A stretch of DNA of 64,000 nt from the NCBI RefSeq assembly GCF_009914755.1, contig NC_060939.1. One strand, written 5' to 3'. Below are positions 34,777-46,914 of this stretch, one piece after another; within the stretch, counting starts at the first letter, position 1; the number at the start of each line of letters is the position of its first letter. Position numbers and translations under genes: made by a program. The DNA comes from the human T2T-CHM13v2.0 reference genome, Homo sapiens. The notes under the pieces were generated by a model. The model was not told where the DNA came from. It saw only the letters and a program-made list of their open reading frames with translations, and made no database searches.

Positions 34777-35044
34777 CTTTTTTTGTGTGCGTGACAGGGT
34801 TTTACTCTGTGGCTCAGGCTAGAGTAATTGCAGTCTCAACCTCATGCTCAATCAAACCCCCACCTCAGACTCCTGACTAGCTGGAACTACAGATACATGC
34901 CACCATGACCAGCTAATTTTTGTATTTTTTTTTTTGTAGAGATGGGGTTTTGCCATGTTGCCTTGACTTCCTGGGCTCAAGCAATCTACCCACCTTGGCC
35001 TCCCAAGGTGTTGGGATGACAGGTGTGAGCCACTGCACCTGGCC
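34777..35044 (-). mobile_element. Alu (AluJ-like)
   Basis: Diverged antisense Alu within Tigger1. Confidence 0.88.
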
Positions 35045-35621
35045 AAGTTTCAGTCTTCTTGCTGATGGAGGGTCTTGCCTTAATGTAAGGTGGTGGTTGC
35101 TGAGCGTTGGGGTGGCTGTGGCAATTTCTTAAAATAAGACACCATTGAAGTTTGCTGTGTCAATTGACTCCCTTTCACAAAAGAATTATCTGTAGCATAC
35201 GATGTTGTTTGATAGCTTTTTACCCACAGTAGAACTTTCAAATTGGATTCAATCCTGTCAAACCTTCGTACAGCTGTACCAACTAAGTTTATGTATTATT
35301 GTAAATCATTGTGTCAATCCTGTCAAGCCCTCCTTCTGCTGTACCAACTAAGTTTATTCTAAATCTGTTGTCATCTCAACATTGTTTACACTGTCTTCAC
35401 CACGAGTAGATTTCATCTCAAGAAACCACTTTCTTTGCTCATCCTTGGAAGCAACTCATCCACTCACGTTTTCTCCGGAGGCTGCTGCAGTCTCGCCAGA
35501 TCTTCAGGCTCTGTCTCTGATTCTAGTGCTCTTGTTATTTCCACCATATCTGCAGTTACCTCCTCCACAGAAGTCGTGAACCCCTGTGTCATCTGTGAGG
35601 GTTGGAATAATCTTCCCAACT

Positions 35622-35924
<303 letters not shown>

Positions 35925-36781
35925 CCAACTTCTCCTAATGTTGCTATTTTGATCTTATTTTTTAAATCATGAATGTTCTCAATGACATCTAGAATGGTGA
36001 ATCCTTTCCAGTAGGTTTTCAATTATTTTGCCCAGATCCATCAAAGGAATCACTTTCTAGAGAAGTTATAGCTTTATGAAATATATTTTTAAGTGATAAG
36101 ACTTGAAAGTTGAAATTATTCTTTGATCCAAGGGCACCAGAATGAATGTTGGGTTAGTAGGCATGAAAACAATATTCAGCTCTTTGTACATCTCTGTAAA
36201 AGCCCTTGAGTACCAGGGGCATTGTCAGTGAGCGGTAATACTTTGAAAGGAATCTTATTTCTTGAGCAGTAGGTGTCAACAGTGGGCTTCAGATATTCAG
36301 TAAACCATATTTGTAAGCCGATAGTCTGTCATCCAGGCTTTGTTCCCATTTGTAGAGTACAGACAGAGCTGTGTTTTATCATAATTCTTCAGGGCCCTTG
36401 GATTTTCAGAATAGTAAATCATCATTGGTTTCAAGTTAACATCACCAACTGCATTAGCCTTTAACAAAAGAGTCAGCATGTCCTTTGAAGCCTTAAAGCC
36501 AGGCATCAACTCCTCTCTAGCTGGGAACATCCTAGATGGCATCTCCTTCTAGTAGAAGGCTGTTTTGTCTCCATTGCAAATCTATTTAGTGTTGCCATCT
36601 TAATCAGTTATCTTCTAGATAGCTTTCTGCAGCTTTTCCATCAGTACTTGCTGCTTTATCTTGCGCTTTTATGTTATGGAGATGACTTTTTTCCTTAAAC
36701 CTCAAGAAACAAGCTCTTCTAGCTTCAGACTTTCCTTCTGCAGCTGCCTCACCACTCTAAGTCTTCATAGAATTGAAGAGA

Positions 36782-37090
<309 letters not shown>

Positions 37091-38073
37091 AGAGAGTTAG
37101 GCTTAGGCTTAATGGAATGTTTTTTGTTTTTTTTTCATCTTCTATCTAGACCAATTAAACTTTCTTCATAACAGCAGCAAGATTGTTTAGCTTTTTATCA
37201 TTCATGTGTTCACTGGAGCAGTACTTTAAATTTCTTTCCAGAACACTTCGTTTGCATTCACAACTTGGCTAAGTGTTTGTTGCATGAGGTCTAGCTACTG
37301 GCCTGTCTTGCTTACAGCATGCCTTCCTCACTAAGCTTAATTATTTCTTCCTTTTGGTTTAAAGTGACAGACATGCAACTCTTCTTTCATGAACATATAG
37401 AGGCTATTGTAGGGTTATTAATTGGCCACATTTTAATATTAATAAAAAGAAGCCTGAGAAAAAGAGAAAGAGAAATGGCCCGTTGGTTGGGCAGTCAGAA
37501 CAAACGCATTTGTCAATTGTTTGCTGTCTTATCCTGGTGTGATTTGTGGTTCCCAAAACAATGACAACAGTAGCATTAAAGATTACTGATTACAGATCAC
37601 CACAACAGATTCAATAATAAAAATCTTAAAATACTGTGAGAATGACCGAAATGTGACACAGAGACGTGAAGTGAGCACGTGCTGTAGGAACAATGGTGCC
37701 AGTGAGACCTGCTTATTGCAGGGTGGCCACAAACCTTCAATACGTAAAACACATGGTCACAAAACACAATAAAGCAAAGTGCAGTGAAACAAGATGTGTC
37801 TGTCTTTTGATAGACTCTGACAATCTCTACCTTTGAATTGGTACATTCATACCATTAACATTCAAAGTGATTATTGATATCATTGGATTAATATCTACTA
37901 TATTTGTTACTGTTTTCTATTCATTCTCCTCAGTCTTCATTCTTTTGTCTACCACTCTTTTTCTGCCTTTTGCAGTTTTCATTGATGATTTTAGATGACT
38001 CCATTTTCCCTGTCTTTCTTAGTACATACTTCTCTTTTTAAAACTTTTTTTTAACTAGTTGCCACAGAATTTG

Positions 38074-38680
38074 CAATATACATTTACAACCAATTCAAGT
38101 CCACTTTCAAATAACACTATCCAACTATCCCACAAATAAGACTACCTGCTTAACAAACAAAACACCTAATTCCTCAGTAACATTTACAACCAATTCAAGT
38201 CCACTTTCAAATAACACTATCCCACTATCCCACAAATAAGACTACCTGCTTAACAAAGAACACACCTAATTCCTCAATATACATTTACAACCAATTCAAG
38301 TCCACTTTCAGATAACACTATCCCACTTCACGGGTGACTACCTGCTTAACAAAGAAAACACCTGATTCCTCCCTCCCATCCTTCCATTCCATTCCTTGTA
38401 TTATTGTTCCTTATTTCACTTGTGTATAAGCATGCATAATCTATCTGTGTGTATTTATTATTATCTACAAACTTATTGGTCAGATCAACTATGAATAAAT
38501 ACATGTTTTTATTGTACCACAATGCCTCCCTACCATCCTTCCATTCCATTCCTTGTATTAGTGTTACTCATTTCAATTGTATATAAGCATACATAATATA
38601 TCTGTATTTGTTATTGTCTATGATCTTCTTGGTTAGATCAATTAAGAATAAATACATAGGTTTTTATTGTACCACAATTC
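38074..38680. repeat. Tandem duplications in old L1-like sequence: 3 x ~100 bp, then 2 x ~155 bp
   Basis: catttacaaccaattcaagtccactttca at 38081, 38181 and 38282; ccatccttccattccattccttgtatta at ~38376 and ~38533. Confidence 0.9.
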
Positions 38681-39714
38681 TTTCTTTAATGTTCTTTTTA
38701 AAAAAATGTTGATCCAGGTTTCAGTTATATATCTTTTGTTTCCCTAAAGAATTTCATTTAACATTTCTTGCAAGACAGGTCTCCTGGCAACAAGTTTCTT
38801 GAATTTTTATTTTTCTGAGGAAGGCCTTAATTCTCCTTCACTTTTGAAGGGTGGTTTCAGTGGGTACAGAAACTTAGGTTGGTGGGTTTTTTCTGTCAAC
38901 ATTTTGAATTTTTCATTTCACTGTCTTCTTACTTTCACAGTTTCTGAAATGTTGAATGCAGTTCTTATCTTTGTGTCTCTGTAGGTAAGGTGTTTTCTGC
39001 CCCACCTCTGGTTTCTTTCAGAGTTTTCCTTTATCTTTTATTTCATATAGTTTGAAAATTATATGTCCAAGTGTAGGTTGTTGGTATTTATTCTGCCTGG
39101 TGTTCTCAGAGCTTCCTGGATCTTTGGTTTGGTGTCTGACATTAATACTGGAAGTTCTCAGACATGGTTGTTGCAGAACTTTCTTCTATTTCTTCTCCTC
39201 TTGGTATTCTCATTACTGTTTCACCTTTTGTAGTTGTCCCACAGTCTTGAATATCATCTTCTGTTCTTTTCAGTGTTTCTTTTCTTTAGTTTTCGAAGTT
39301 TCTGATGATAAATCCTCAAGCTCAGAGATTTTTACTCAGCTGAGTCCAGTCTACTAATAAGCCATCAGAGGTATTCTTCAGTTATTTACCACGTTTTTCA
39401 TCACTACATTATGTTGAAAGTTCTTACGATGTCTGTCTTTCTCATTACATTACCCATCTACACTTGAATACTGTCTACTTCATTCATTAGGCCCTTAGCA
39501 TATTCTCCAGAGGTTTAAAAAAAAATTCCAAGATCATATCTTTGTCTGCTTCTGAAGCTTGCTCTGTTGACACAAATTGTATTTTTTTCTTTTTTTGGAT
39601 TTTAGTATGCCTTGCAATTTTTTCCCTTTATTCTGATGCATGAAGTACCCACTAAAAGTGACTGTTGTTAGTATAGCTTCAGTAATGCGGTGATGAGGTG
39701 ACAGGGCAGGTGAT

Positions 39715-39853
39715 GCTCTCTTAGTCTCTTTAGGCTACTATAACAAAATACTTCAGACTGAGTAATTCATAAACAACAGAGATTATTGTTCACAGATCTG
39801 GAGGCTGGAAAGTACAAGACTAAAGGGCCAGGATATTTGGTGTTTGGTGAAGG
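39715..39853. mobile_element. Truncated MaLR (MLT1A/MST-like) LTR fragment
   Basis: tcttagtc...ggctactataacaaaatac...tctggaggctggaaagtacaaga; stops abruptly at the satellite. Confidence 0.75.
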
Positions 39854-41308
39854 TCAAACATTCAGACACTCTCAACGACTATAGCGACAGCAGCAGTCTT
39901 CAGGAATCCTATGTGAGGGACAAACACTCAGAAGCCAGCTGGAGTGTTCTAGAATCCTATGTGAGGGCCAAACATTCAGACCACAGCAGTAGTGTTGTGG
40001 AATCCTATGTGAGGGACAAACTTTCAAACCCTTGTAGCAGTGTTCTGGAATGCTATGTGAGGGACAAACATTCAGACCACGGGAGCAGTGTTCTGGAATT
40101 CTATGTGAAGGACAAACATTAAGACTCTCATAGCAGTGTCCTGGAATCATATGTGAGGGACAACCATTCAGACACCAGCAGAAGTGTTCTGGAATCCTAG
40201 GTGTGGGAAAAACATTCAGAACCTAGTAGCAGTGTTCTGGAATCCTATGTGAGGGACATACATTCAGACCACGGCAGCAGTGTTCTGGAATGGTATGTGA
40301 AGGACAAACATTCAGACCCTTGTAGCAGTGTTCCAGAATTTTATGTGAGGGACAAACATTCAGACCACAGCAGCAGTGTTCTGGAATCCTATATGACGGA
40401 CCAACATGCAGACCCTTGCAACAGTGTTCTGGAATACTAGGTGAGGGAAAAATATTCACACCCTTGTAGCAGTGTTCTGGAATTCTATGTGACTGACAAA
40501 CATTCAGACTCCAGCAGCAGTGTTCTGTAATCCTATGTGAGGGACAAACATTCAGACCCCAAGAGCAGTGTTCTGAAATCCTATGTTAAGGGAAACATTG
40601 AGACCCCAGCATGAATGTTCTGGAATCCTATGTGAGGGACAAACATTCAGACCACGGCAGGAGTGTTCTGGAATCCTATGTGAGGAACAAACATTCAGAC
40701 CACAGCAGGAGTGTTCTGGAATCCTATATGAGTTATAAGCATTCAGACCCTCATAGCAGTGTTCTGGAATCCTATGTGAGGGAGAAGCATTCAGAGCACA
40801 GCAGGAGTGCTCTGGAATCCTATGTTAGGGACAAACATTCAGAACCTCGTAACATTGTGCTGGAAACCTATGTGAGGGACAGACATTTAGACCCTCGCAG
40901 CAGTGTTCTGGAATCCCATGTGAGGGTCAAACATTCAGATCCTCGCAGCAGTGTTCTGGAATTCTATGTGAGTGACAAACATTCAGACTCCAGCAGCAGT
41001 GTTCTGTATTCCTATGAGAAGGACAAACATTCAGAATCCAGGAGCAGTGTTTTGAAATCATATGTTAAGGGCAAACATACAGACCCTAGCATCAATGTTC
41101 TAGAATCATATGTGAGGGACATACATTCAGACCCTCGCAGCAGTGTTCTGGAATCCTAGATGGGGGACAAACATTCAGACCCCAGCAGCAGACTTCTGGA
41201 ATCCTATGTGGAGGACAAACATTCAGACAATGGCAGCAGTGTTCTGGAATCTTATGTGAGGGACAAACACTCAGAGCCTTGTAGCAGTGGTCTGGAATCC
41301 TATGTGAG
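39847..41308. repeat. CER (48-bp) satellite block, ~30 monomers
   Basis: Tandem 48-mer GGAATCCTATGTGAGGGACAAACATTCAGACCACAGCAGCAGTGTTCT; matches the CER/D22Z3 satellite of acrocentric and pericentromeric regions as I recall it. Confidence 0.93.
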
Positions 41309-41654
41309 TGAGAGTGCCTTGAGCCTACCCAACCTGACGCCCCCAAAGCCCTCACAGGGTCTGACCTCCCAGCATGCACCTGCCTCTCCCTGAACCCCAA
41401 CTGCCCACCCTGCCTGTTCCCCGGCCTCCTCCATCCTGTGCAGCCCATAGACTGTGACCATCTCTCCAGCCACTCTGGCCCTTCCTTTACCTTTGTCCTG
41501 TCAGAATCTCTGAGCAGGATCTCCCAGGTCCATCCAAATACGTGCTTTGTCCACTTTTGACTAGGCCCTTGGGCATCACTGGGCTATCCCAGCTGTCCAC
41601 AGGGCCTTCAATAATGCACAATGCACCTGGCTTATCCAAGCAGTGCTCAGCAGC

Positions 41655-42560
41655 CCACATTGACCAGGTCCCTGCTGACCAGACCCCACACATCAGGTCC
41701 TCCCTGATGACACCCTCACTGATTAGACTCTCATGATCAGGCCCCAGTAACAAGGCCCCCACTGCCGGGCACACAATGACAAGGACTCCACTGACCAGGA
41801 CCTTACTGACAAGGACTCACTGACAGGGCCTCACGGACCAAGTCTTTACTGACAAGTCCTCACTGACTAGGTCATTATTGACAAGGCCTCACTGATCAGG
41901 TTCCACTGATCATGAACTCATTCCCTGGCCCAAAGATGAGGCCCCACTGACCAGGCCTCCAGGGAACAGGTTGCCACTGATCAGGCCCCTAATAACGAGG
42001 CCTTATGTCACCAGATGCCCCTGACTGGGACCCTAGTGAGTAGACCCCACTGAACCGGCACCAAATGCTGAGATCCCCGCTGACCAGGTCACCCTGTAGA
42101 CCGGTGCTACAAAAGTCACCACTGACCAAGTCCTCTCTGACCAGGACAATACAGATTAGGTCCCACCGACAAGGCTGCCCTGACCAGGGCCCCACTGACA
42201 AGGGCCTCACTGATGAGGACACGCCCACCAGGGTCTGCTGACTAAGTCTCATGTGCCCAGTCCTCCACTGAATAGCACCCCTTGACCTGGTCACCAGTGC
42301 CCCAGCCCATGCTGACCAGGCCAGCACTAAGCCCCAGCTGACCAGGTCTCCACTGATCAAGCCCCACAGCCCAGGTTTGCACTGACCAGACACCAAACAA
42401 CTGGCAGCCAATAGGTCCCCACTCACCAAAACCCCCACTACTAGACCCCACTAATGAGACCCTCTCTAAGCAGACCCCTGCTGACCACTATCCCACTAAA
42501 TAGTCCTCACTGACCTAGGTCCACTGACCAGGCCCACACTGATCAGGCCCCTCCTAACCA
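41655..42560. repeat. Degenerate ~16-19-bp minisatellite (CCCCACTGACCAGG core), array A
   Basis: Dozens of cactgaccagg/cactgacaagg/cactgatcagg units. Confidence 0.88.
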
Positions 42561-42564
42561 CACT

Positions 42565-43716
42565 GGAAATCCAAGCGGCAATGACATGTTTCATATGGCA
42601 GAAGTTGGAACAAGACAGAGAGAGGAAAGAGGTTCCACAGCCTTTTAAACTACTAGATCTCATGAGAACTCACTCACTATCAGGAGGATGGCATTAAGGG
42701 CTTGGTGCTTTGCCATTTGTGAAGGATCCACTCCCACTCCTTTATGATTAAAGCTTTTTCCACCTAGGCCCCGACTCTAACATTAGGGAGTGTACTTTCA
42801 CATGAGCTTTGGAAGGGGCATAGAGAAAAACCGTATTATTCTGTCCCTGACCCCACAAATCTCATGTCCTTCTCACATTGCAAGATACAGTCATGCCTTG
42901 CCAGCAGTCTCCTAAAGTCTTAACTCATTTCAGCATTAACTCAAAGTTACAAAGTGCAAAGTCTCATCTGGGTCAAGGCTACATTCTCTTTTGCCTACAA
43001 GTCTCTGAAATAAAAAGCAAGTTCACTGCGTCTAAGGTACAATGATGGTACAGGCATTGTGTAAGCTTTCCATATCCAAAAGAGAGACATTTTCCAGAAA
43101 GCTTCTTATTTTTATCTGAGGCCCCCTCAGCCTGGCCTTCACTGTCCATGTTTTTGTCAGCATTCTTGTCACAGCCATTTAACCAGTCTCTAAGATGATC
43201 CAAAAATGTTCTCATCTGCCTGTCTTCTTTGGAGCCCTCCAAACTCTTCCAACCTCTACCCATTACCCAGTTCCGAAGTTGCTTTCACATTTTTAGGTAT
43301 CTTTATAGCAGTGCTCCAGTCCTCATTTGCCATTTTTGGTAAGATTTATCTTGAAAAAGAGGTTTAATTGGCTCATGGTTCTGCAGAGTGGACAGGAAGC
43401 TTAGTGCTTCTGCTTCTGGGGGGCCTCAGAAATCTTTCAATCATTGTGCAAGGTAATGAAAGAGTGAATTGTCTCACATGGCAAGAGGAAATCACGGAGA
43501 GTAGGGAGTGATATAGAGTTTTCAGTGGCCAGATCTCACGAGAAGTCACTCATGATTGTGAGGACAGTACCAAGGGGATGGTGCTGAACCACTCATGAGA
43601 AATTTGCCTTCATGATTCAATCACCTTATACCAGGATCCACCTCCAACATTAGGAAGCATAATTCAACAAGAGATTTGGTGGGGACACAGGGACACATAT
43701 TCGAATTGCCTCATCA
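42565..43716. mobile_element. MaLR MST-type element (partial LTR, deleted internal, LTR)
   Basis: agatctcatgagaactcactcactatca and agatctcacgagaagtcactcatgattg LTR motifs occur twice, with MST/THE-internal-like aagtcttaactcatttcagcattaactcaaa between. Confidence 0.8.
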
Positions 43717-43719
43717 GTC

Positions 43720-45070
43720 TTTGAGTATAAAGACATCCATAGCAGGCTTTATCCAGCCAGCTTCTTTGGGATTCTTTATAGGGTTTCAGATCTATACGAT
43801 ATCCACTAAAATATTCCTACTTCAAAAGGCAATAAAGTAAGTGGTATTATCATTCTTCAAAAAGTTATAATGGTAGTGTAGGCATTCATAGTATGATTTA
43901 GTTCATTTGCTACTGTTTCTATTCTATCACCATATTAACACTTTCGTACACAATTCTATATTCAGCTGGGTTTCAGTTGAGCACAAAGTCATCCTTGTAC
44001 TACCACCGATAGCTGGCACCAGCTCTTTGATACTGTTATCATTCTGCTGTAGAAAGTACCCGTGAACTGGAAAAAGTCCACACTCGAATAGCTAGTCATT
44101 CAACACTATCAAATTTTAGGTGACTTTTTGAAAAAATAGTATCTCTTGTTGCAAGAAATGCTCCATCTGTGATTTCAAGTCTCTCACTTGAGTGAATTGG
44201 ATGGAAGTGGTGAATTTCAGCCAAAGTGGCCAAAGAAATCCTGTTCCTGTGATAATGACTCCATCAGCCTCTGCACCTCTGTCTTCCCTTCTGCCACATG
44301 TTGTCTGTTCTCCGTGACTTTGGTAAGAGCTTCCTTGTGTATGTGAATGATGTCCAGGATGTTTGTCTTGTGTCCCTGAGACAGCACTAACAGGTCCATG
44401 GCTGGGTCCAGGTCCTTCCTGGACTGACTGGCAAAGAGCTCACTGACAGAGTGGAAGGCATCTATACTGAAGTGGATGGCCTGGTCCAGCTCCAAGGCCT
44501 GGCTGAGGCTGAAGAAGAACTGTCAGGCTTCTGATGCTCTTTCTCAAAGCCTGCCACCACTCATTGGCTGTGAAGTTGACCTGAGTGCCCTGTTGTCCAT
44601 CTTCTTGGTGAAGCACTTGAAGCCATCAATCTTGCTCTCCCACTCCTAAAAGTTGAGTGTCACACTGGGGGTGGGCTCAGGGCCAGGAAGAATCTGGCAC
44701 TCACCATCTCATCCTTCTCAGCCTTCCTCTTGCCCTGTCTCCAGGCTATCTCTTCAGTGCTGGTGGGGCACATCAGGAAGTGACAAAAAATGTGGCACTG
44801 CACCTGCATCCAGAAGCTGGCTGTGTGGTTCATCTACAAGATTGGGCCCTTTCTGCACTTGAACATAGATCCACTTCACCATAGATGCCTTCCACACTGT
44901 CAGTGAGCTCTTTGCCCATCAGCCCAGGCAGGATCTGGACCCAGTCATGGACCTGTTAGTGCTGTCTCAGGGACACCAGACCAACATTCTGGACATCATC
45001 CACGTACACAAGGAAGCTCTTACCAGAGTCCTCCTCAAGATGGCCTGTGGTCTGCCTCTTGGCACCCGAG
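43720..45070 (-). pseudogene. SNX18P: Sorting nexin 18 processed pseudogene (PX C-terminus, BAR domain, part of 3'UTR)
   Basis: [59 protein letters not shown]...EGKTEVQ and [11 protein letters not shown]...DLKSQMEHFLQQ, plus upstream [17 protein letters not shown], align to SNX18 as I recall it; runs through the parent exon junction with no intron; stops and frameshifts. Paralogue number cannot be assigned. Confidence 0.9.
44316..45030. repeat. Inverted repeat: 162-bp arms 44316-44477 and 44869-45030
   Basis: Ungapped reverse-complement alignment with about 15 mismatches by eye (~91%). Confidence 0.95.
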
Positions 45071-45192
45071 AAGCCCACAGTGCTGTAGAAGCCCCGATGC
45101 TTGGACTGGAGCCCCAAAGGCGGCACACACCCCAGTTCTGAGCCTGCTGCTCATTTCCTCTATGTGGCTCCATTTGCAGCACATTTGTTGCA

Positions 45193-45543
45193 CTGAGACC
45201 TGTGCATGCCAGGCAAAGCCAAGCTGGCTCAAAGAGCAACCACCCACCTCTGCAAGGGTGTGCCAGGAGCCAGTGGACCAGCCACCAACGTCACTCCCTG
45301 CCAGTCAGGGTAAATCAGTTATTCTGCCCTGGAGGTGGAGCCCCAGTGCCATCTGCTTTTCCTCAGGCCTCCACTCCATCAGCTGTCAGGTGGTGGTCAC
45401 TCAGACTGTGGGAAACTGGCCATCCCTGTTTCCTTGAGTGCGTGAGGTTGGTGACTGCTCCACCTGCTACTGGCATACCCTTGCAGAGGTGGCTGGTTGC
45501 TCTTTGAGCCAGCTTGGCCTTGCCTGGTATGCACAGGCCCCAG
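45193..45543. repeat. Inverted repeat: ~102-bp arms 45193-45294 and 45442-45543
   Basis: ccaagctggctcaaagagcaacca / tggttgctctttgagccagcttgg; about 12 mismatches by eye (~88%), 147-bp spacer. Confidence 0.93.
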
Positions 45544-46914
45544 GTACTGAGAAGCTGCTCCGAGTAAGTTTGTCTTGGGCCAAATTCTAAGTCTGGCCAG
45601 GGCCACAGAAGGCCGAGTCCCCTGGGTGGTAATCCTGGCTGCTGCAGGGGGGCCCATGGTCCCCCTCCCCTCCCAGGGCTCAGGATGAGGTCCGACTGGG
45701 ACAGAATGCTTTAGGTATGGGACTTGTGCCCCAGGAGGGGACCTCTGTCACACACGTTGGGTGAGAATATGTATGGCATGCTGCTGGCTGCCAGGGCTGT
45801 TGGGATGCACGTTCACCCTTCCCTTCAGGGACCTCAAAGTGACCAGCTTCCCCTTTATGAGTGACTTCCCAAGGCCCAGGAGCCATTTGGGGCTGCAGAG
45901 CAGCTGGCTGCATGCTGCCCTGGCTTCTTCCATGTTGTGCTGGTCACTACCTACCAAGGGGTGTCAGATGCAGGCACAATGTAGGACGATTGTCTCTGGG
46001 CCTGTGTCTTGGTTATCATGGAGCTAGACTGGGCCTGGTGACAGGGCCCTGATGGGGTTGTCCTGTGTTGTCACGGAGGTGATCAGGAAAGATGCAGAAT
46101 GGAATTGCTGCGAGGATGAATGAGATGACTGTCAGCACATAACAGGCAGCTGGTGAGTGTTCAGGGATTACCCTCAGTAGCTGCCCAGAGACCAAAACCA
46201 TCCACCTGATAGTGACTTTTCCCAAGCCAGAAGGAAGAGAAAAGAGCAGGTCCCACTCACCTGAATCTGATCAGTGAGCTGTGTTGAGATGTGCCTCTCA
46301 TCTAGAAAATGGTCCTTCACGCAGAGCTACTCACAGACACTGCTGTGTGTCTCTAACTGCTCCACAACACAGAGGCGATGGGGACTCAGCAACAGTGACA
46401 TTGTGGGGTGACACAACCCACCACCATGGGAGTCTGCTTGGGTCAACAGGGCCCAGAGTCAGTGTCCTCTATCCCCTGAACTGACATGTGTGTATGCAAT
46501 GTATTTGTGTATGCATATGTGCCTGTGTGTGTGTGAGTGTGTATGTGTGTGTTTGTCTTGCTTCTCTGGACAGGCCTAGCTTCTCCACTCATGGGTGCAC
46601 CCAGGTCCTCATCACTGTCACCTTAGAGCATTAGAGCCTCTATAGGTGCTCCCCAATCTCTGCCCTCCCCACCCATGGTGGTCCTGGGGATGCGGACAGA
46701 GGAGGGGCACTGCATAATGCTGAGAGGGCTGGCACCCTCTCTAGGTGGAACACAGGTCATTTGTAAAGTTCTAGGTCTGCCAAGCAGTATTGGATTCAAC
46801 ACATCTTCTCACCTTCTCTTTCCAGCCACCCTCCAGGGTGCCCCGACTCACTTTCCCTGCAGATGGAGGCAAGGAGGCTCCACAGACAACCCCCCTGCCT
46901 GAGGTCACATAGTG

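Noticed and set aside
36297-36542. Functional TIGD1-like transposase
   Set aside because: Short fragment of a decayed Tigger1 broken by stops, frameshifts and Alus
39844-41393. ORFs up to 182 aa with a 16-aa repeat (SSVLESYVRDKHSD)
   Set aside because: A 48-bp monomer keeps frame automatically; scattered stops and no promoter or splice evidence; satellite artefact
44869-45030. Twin-priming 5' inversion of the SNX18 retrocopy
   Set aside because: The inverted piece duplicates sequence still present downstream, and the pseudogene continues in its original orientation on both sides
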